Shown here: piece by piece, positions 57,701 through 64,000 of the stretch
How positions within the stretch are numbered: the stretch's first letter is position 1
How the letters are laid out: each line of letters starts with the position of its first letter
From: Squalus acanthias
Taxonomy: Eukaryota
Reading direction: 5' to 3'
Assembly: GCA_030390025.1 (NCBI GenBank)
Contig: JASTWF010000035.1
Coordinates: 682,001 to 746,000 of the forward strand
DNA length: 64,000 nt
Notes under the pieces: generated by a model
Seen by the model: the letters and a program-made list of their open reading frames with translations, nothing else
Told to the model about the DNA's origin: nothing
Databases searched by the model: none
Made by a program: the position numbers and the translations under genes

Positions 57701-60700
57701 CCCAGTCTGATCCTGGACTCTCAGTCCCACTCCCGCCCTGTTCCCAGTCTGATCCTGGACTCTCAGTCCCACTCCCGCTCTGTTCCCAGTCTGATCCTGG
57801 ACTCTCAGTCCCACTCCCGCCCTGTTCCCAGTCTGATCCTGGACTCTCAGTCCCACTCCGCCCTGTTCCCAGTCTGATCCTGGACTCTCAGTCCCACTCC
57901 CGCCCTGTTCCCAGTCTGATCCTGGACTCTCAGTCCCACTCCGCCCTGTTCCCAGTCTGATCCTGGACTCTCAGTCCCACTCCGCCCTGTTCCCAGTCTG
58001 ATCCTGGACTCTCAGTCCCACTCCCGTCCTGTTCCCAGTCTGATCCAGGACTCAGTCCCACTCCCGCTCTGTTCCCAGTCTGATCCTGGACCTCAGTCCC
58101 CACTCCCGCCCTGTTCCCAGTCTGATCCTGACTCTCAGTCCCACTCCCGCCCTGTTCCCAGTCTGATCCAGGACTCTCAGTCCCACTCCCGCCCTGTTCC
58201 CAGTCTGATCCTGGACTCTCAGTCCCACTCCGCCCTGTTCCCAGTCTGATCCTGGACTCTCAGTCCCACTCCCGCCCTGTTCCCAGTCTGATCCAGGACT
58301 CTCAGTCCCACTCCCGCCCTGTTCCAGTCTGATCCTGGACTCTCAGTCCCACTCCCGCCCTGTTCCCAGTCTGATCCTGGACTCTCAGTCCCACTCCGCC
58401 CTGTTCCCAGTCTGATCCTGGACTCTCAGTCCCACTCCGCCCTGTTCCCAGTCTGATCCTGGACTCTCAGTCCCACTCCGCCCTGTTCCCAGTCTGATCC
58501 TGGACTCTCAGTCCCACTCCGCCCTGTTCCCAGTCTGATCCTGGACTCTCAGTCCCACTCCCGCCCTGTTCCCAGTCTGATCCTGGACTCTCAGTCCCAC
58601 TCCGCCCTGTTCCCAGTCTGATCCTGGACTCTCAGTCCCACTCCCGCTCTGTTCCCAGTCTGATCCTGGACTCTCAGTCCCACTCCGCCCTGTTCCCAGT
58701 CTGATCCTGGACTCTCAGTCCCACTCCGCCCTGTTCCCAGTCTGATCCTGGACTCTCAGTCCCACTCCGCCCTGTTCCCAGTCTGATCCTGGACTCTCAG
58801 TCCCACTCCGCCCTGTTCCCAGTCTGATCCTGGACTCTCAGTCCCACTCCCGTCCTGTTCCCAGTCTGATCCAGGACTCGGTCCCACTCCCGCTCTGTTC
58901 CCAGTCTGATCCTGGACTCTCAGTCCCACTCCCGCCCTGTTCCCAGTCTGATCCTGGACTCTCAGTCCCACTCCCGCCCTGTTCCCAGTCTGATCCTGGA
59001 CTCTCAGTCCCACTCCCGCTCTGTTCCCAGTCTGATCCTGGACTCTCAGTCCCACTCCGCCCTGTTCCCAGTCTGATCCTGGACTCTCAGTCCCACTCCC
59101 GCCCTGTTCCCAGTCTGATCCTGGACTCTCAGTCCCACTCCCGCCCTGTTCCCAGTCTGATCCAGGACTCTCAGTCCCACTCCCGCTCTGTTCCCAGTCT
59201 GATCCTGGACTCTCAGTCCCACTCCCGCCCTGTTCCCAGTCTGATCCTGGACTCTCAGTCCCACTCCCGCCCTGTTCCCAGTCTGATCCTGGACTCTCAG
59301 TCCCACTCCGCCCTGTTCCCAGTCTGATCCTGGACTCTCAGTCCCACTCCCGCTCTGTTCCCAGTCTGATCCAGGACTCGGTCCCACTCCCGCCCTGTTC
59401 CCAGTCTGATCCTGGACTCTCAGTCCCACTCCCGTCCTGTTCCCAGTCTGATCCAGGACTCAGTCCCACTCCCGCCCTGTTCCCAGTCTGATCCTGGACT
59501 CTCAGTCCCACTCCCGCCTGTTCCCAGTCTGATCCTGGACTCTCAGTCCCACTCCCGCCCTGTTCCCAGTCTGATCCTGGACTCTCAGTCCCACTCCCGC
59601 CCTGTTCCCAGTCTGATCCTGGACTCTCAGTCCCACTCCCGCCCTGTTCCCAGTCTGATCCTGGACTCTCAGTCCCACTCCGCCCTGTTCCCAGTCTGAT
59701 CCTGGACTCTCAGTCCCACTCCGCCCTGTTCCCAGTCTGATCCTGGACTCTCAGTCCCACTCCGCCCTGTTCCCAGTCTGATCCTGGACTCTCAGTCCCA
59801 CTCCGCCCTGTTCCCAGTCTGATCCTGGACTCTCAGTCCCACTCCCGCCCTGTTCCCAGTCTGATCCTGGACTCTCAGTCCCACTCCCGCCCTGTTCCCA
59901 GTCTGATCCTGGACTCTCAGTCCCACTCCCGCCCTGTTCCCAGTCTGATCCTGGACTCTCAGTCCCACTCCCGCCCTGTTCCCAGTCTGATCCTGGACTC
60001 TCAGTCCCACTCCCGCCTGTTCCCAGTCTGATCCTGGACTCTCAGTCCCACTCCCGCCCTGTTCCCAGTCTGATCCTGGACTCTCAGTCCCACTCCCGCT
60101 CTGTTCCCAGTCTGATCCTGGACTCTCAGTCCCACTCCCGCCCTGTTCCCAGTCTGATCCTGGACTCTCAGTCCCACTCCCGCCCTGTTCCCAGTCTGAT
60201 CCTGGACTCTCAGTCCCACTCCGCCCTGTTCCCAGTCTGATCCTGGACTCTCAGTCCCACTCCGCCCTGTTCCCAGTCTGATCCTGGACTCTCAGTCCCA
60301 CTCCCGCCCTGTTCCCAGTCTGATCCAGGACTCGGTCCCACTCCCGCTCTGTTCCCAGTCTGATCCTGGACTCTCAGTCCCACTCCCGCCCTGTTCCCAG
60401 TCTGATCCTGGACTCTCAGTCCCACTCCCGCCCTGTTCCCAGTCTGATCCTGGACTCTCAGTCCCACTCCCGCCTGTTCCCAGTCTGATCCTGGACTCTC
60501 AGTCCCACTCCGCCCTGTTCCCAGTCTGATCCTGGACTCTCAGTCCCACTCCCGCCCTGTTCCCAGTCTGATCCTGGACTCTCAGTCCCACTCCCGCCCT
60601 GTTCCCAGTCTGATCCTGGACTCTCAGTCCCACTCCGCCCTGTTCCCAGTCTGATCCTGGACTCTCAGTCCCACTCCCGCCCTGTTCCCAGTCTGATCCT

Positions 60701-62620
60701 GGACTCTCAGTCCCACTCCGCCCTGTTCCCAGTCTGATCCTGGACTCTCAGTCCCACTCCCGCCCTGTTCCCAGTCTGATCCTGGACTCTCAGTCCCACT
60801 CCCGCCCTGTTCCCAGTCTGATCCTGGACTCTCAGTCCCACTCCCGCCCTGTTCCCAGTCTGATCCTGGACTCTCAGTCCCACTCCGCCCTGTTCCCAGT
60901 CTGATCCTGGACTCTCAGTCCCACTCCCGCCCTGTTCCCAGTCTGATCCTGGACTCTCAGTCCCACTCCCGCCCTGTTCCCAGTCTGATCCTGGACTCTC
61001 AGTCCCACTCCCGCCCTGTTCCCAGTCTGATCCTGGACTCTCAGTCCCACTCCCGCCTGTTCCCAGTCTGATCCTGGACTCTCAGTCCCACTCCCGCCCT
61101 GTTCCCAGTCTGATCCTGGACTCTCAGTCCCACTCCCGCCCTGTTCCCAGTCTGATCCTGGACTCTCAGTCCCACTCCCGCCCTGTTCCCAGTCTGATCC
61201 TGGACTCTCAGTCCCACTCCGCCCTGTTCCCAGTCTGATCCTGGACTCTCAGTCCCACTCCCGCCCTGTTCCCAGTCTGATCCTGGACTCAGTCCCACTC
61301 CCGCCCTGTTCCCAGTCTGATCCTGGACTCTCAGTCCCACTCCCGCCCTGTTCCCAGTCTGATCCTGGACTCTCAGTCCCACTCCCGCCCTGTTCCCAGT
61401 CTGATCCTGGACTCTCAGTCCCACTCCCGCCCTGTTCCCAGTCTGATCCTGGACTCTCAGTCCCACTCCCGCCCTGTTCCCAGTCTGATCCTGGACTCTC
61501 AGTCCCACTCCCGCCCTGTTCCCAGTCTGATCCTGGACTCTCAGTCCCACTCCGCCCTGTTCCCAGTCTGATCCTGGACTCTCAGTCCCACTCCCGCCCT
61601 GTTCCCAGTCTGATCCTGGACTCTCAGTCCCACTCCCGCCCTGTTCCCAGTCTGATCCTGGACTCTCAGTCCCACTCCCGCTCTGTTCCCAGTCTGATCC
61701 TGGACTCTCAGTCCCACTCCCGCCCTGTTCCCAGTCTGATCCTGGACTCTCAGTCCCACTCCCGCTCTGTTCCCAGTCTGATCCTGGACTCTCAGTCCCA
61801 CTCCCGCCCTGTTCCCAGTCTGATCCTGGACTCTCAGTCCCACTCCCGCCCTGTTCCCAGTCTGATCCTGGACTCTCAGTCCCACTCCCGCCCTGTTCCC
61901 AGTCTGATCCTGGACTCTCAGTCCCACTCCCGCCCTGTTCCCAGTCTGATCCTGGACTCTCAGTCCCACTCCCGCCCTGTTCCCAGTCTGATCCTGGACT
62001 CTCAGTCCCACTCCGCCCTGTTCCCAGTCTGATCCTGGACTCTCAGTCCCACTCCCGCCCTGTTCCCAGTCTGATCCTGGACTCTCAGTCCCACTCCGCC
62101 CTGTTCCCAGTCTGATCCTGGACTCTCAGTCCCACTCCCGCCCTGTTCCCAGTCTGATCCTGGACTCTCAGTCCCACTCCCGCCCTGTTCCCAGTCTGAT
62201 CCTGGACTCTCAGTCCCACTCCCGCCCTGTTCCCAGTCTGATCCTGGACTCTCAGTCCCACTCCCGCCCTGTTCCCAGTCTGATCCTGGACTCTCAGTCC
62301 CACTCCCGCTCTGTTCCCAGTCTGATCCTGGACTCTCAGTCCCACTCCGCCCTGTTCCCAGTCTGATCCTGGACTCTCAGTCCCACTCCGCCCTGTTCCC
62401 AGTCTGATCCTGGACTCTCAGTCCCACTCCCGCCCTGTTCCCAGTCTGATCCAGGACTCTCAGTCCCACTCCCGCCCTGTTCCCAGTCTGATCCTGGACT
62501 CTCAGTCCCACTCCCGCCCTGTTCCCAGTCTGATCCTGGACTCTCAGTCCCACTCCCGCCCTGTTCCCAGTCTGATCCTGGACTCTCAGTCCCACTCCGC
62601 CCTGTTCCCAGTCTGATCCC
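51708..62620. repeat. 42-bp minisatellite array 3 (~10.9 kb, roughly 260 units)
   Basis: Same unit, uninterrupted. Confidence 0.98.
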
Positions 62621-63267
62621 AGCGAAAATGTGAAGTTATCCACTTTGGTAGGAAGAATAAGAAAGCAAAATATTATTTAAATGGAGAGAGACTACAGAAT
62701 GCTGCGGTACAGAGGGATCTGGGTGTCCTCGTACATGAAACACACAAAGTTAGCATGCAGGTACAGCAATTAATTAGGAAGGCAAATGGAATGTTGGCCT
62801 TTATTGCAAGGGGGATGGAGTATAAAAGTAGGGAAGTCTTGCTACAACTGTACAGGGCGTTGGTTAGACCACACCTGGAGTACTGCGTACAGTTTTGGAC
62901 TCCTTATTTAAGGAGGGATATACTTGGAGGCAGTTCAGAGAAGGTTCACGAGGTTGATTCCGGAGATGAAAGGGTTGTCTTATGAGGAAAGGTTGAGCAG
63001 GTTGGGCCTGTACTCATTGGAATTTAGAAGAATGAGAGGTGATCTTATTGAAACATATAAGAATCTGAGGGGCCTCGACAAGGTAGATGCTGAGAGGATG
63101 TTTCCCCTCGAGGGGGAATCTAGAACTAGGGGGCATAGTTTCAGAATAAGGGATCGCCCATTTAAAATGGAAATGAAGAGGAATTTCTTCTCTCAGTGGG
63201 TCGTGAATCTTTGGAATTCTCTTCCCCAGAGAGCTGTGGAGGCGGAGTCATTGAATATATTCAAGGC
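62621..63267 (+). mobile_element. CR1 RT C-terminal fragment
   Basis: QRDLGVLV, LYRALVRPHLEYCVQFW, VQRRFTRLIP, RNFFSQWVVNLWNSLP. Confidence 0.9.
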
Positions 63268-64000
63268 TATAGGGGGTGGTAGTGGGGTCAGCCTTCAACT
63301 CTGACTCTGAGTGGTTCGAATCGCTCCCACGCCCCTGGTTCCTAGACTTTGGACTTATTCAGGGGTTGTGAATAAAGATGCAGTTGACAACAGGTTCTAA
63401 TGAAAGAATTTTGACTTTATTAAAAGAAAACGGTAACAAACTTTAAACACACTTAATACTTAAACACAGGTTGGGGAACACACGGTACAGCCGAGGGAGA
63501 AGGACAATATACAAAAAAAACCTTATCCCTCCCAAAAATCCCACTATCTAGCTAGGTTTTGGTTTCAGGAGATCAGGGATAATGCTCACCAAACGAATCC
63601 TTGACAGTTGAGAGTTAGGGTTTAGAGTCTTTTGAGTAAAAAGTTTCATAAGGCCCTTGTTGCCGCGAGGTGTCCGATGGTCACTGAGGCAGTCGCTCTG
63701 GTTTCTTCTTGTGTGTTGGTCTGTTTGTGAAGTTGTTGGCCTTCTTTCCTCCTCCTCCTCGTGGCTTGTGGTGTCTTTGCTGGAGCAGAGCTGAGAGAGA
63801 GCTGTGCGAGTGTTGAGAGCATTGTCAGAGAGTCCAGAGAGAGAGAGTCTCAGGGGTGTAGGCCCCCAATTATACTTGTTCAGCCCCTTTGTCCTTTTCG
63901 CGCCCAAAACCCCTTACTAAATCGGTTTCCTTTAGATTTCAAATGAGCCCCGTTTATTCCATTGTCTTAGTTTTGGTGGGCTTGTTAGTTTCGATGGCTT
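63268..64000. mobile_element. Possible LTR-like insertion interrupting the CR1, running off the window
   Basis: CR1 homology stops abruptly at ..TTCAAGGC|TATAGGGG; minus-strand AATAAA near 63416; other end not visible. Confidence 0.3.

Noticed and set aside
42905..62620. CRISPR-like array, or repetitive protein ORFs (GLRVQDQTGNRAGV / GSGTESPGSDWEQG)
   Set aside because: Head-to-tail repeats with no unique spacers and no cas genes. The ORFs arise from a 42-bp unit and shift frame at every 41-bp variant.

Overview
Eukaryotic, repeat-dominated vertebrate DNA. The host is probably a cartilaginous fish, inferred only from the CR1, Penelope and Deu-SINE families present. 1-8979 is the 3' part of an env-bearing endogenous retrovirus-like element. 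Its pol has a dead tether RNase H plus a second RNase H and an integrase broken by a small deletion. Its env is intact, looks like a class I (paramyxovirus F-like) fusion protein and carries an N-terminal Ig-like domain. A ~1.66 kb 3' LTR follows, and the whole architecture fits lokiretroviruses. 9-33 kb is a nest of Penelope, a solo LTR, Deu-SINE, many CR1/LINE pieces, MITEs and a complete two-gene Harbinger DNA transposon with TIRs and TSD. Two coding exons of an RDH11/12/13-like SDR gene lie at 33794-36862. Downstream is a Gypsy element (tRNA-Trp PBS, TSD ATTT) whose gag/protease was replaced by an internal CR1 fragment joined through a (TTAGGG)n tract. A block holding that junction, the 5' LTR and a 42-bp G4-motif minisatellite is triplicated in tandem and followed by ~11 kb of the same minisatellite. 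No rRNA, true tRNA gene or CRISPR array was seen.
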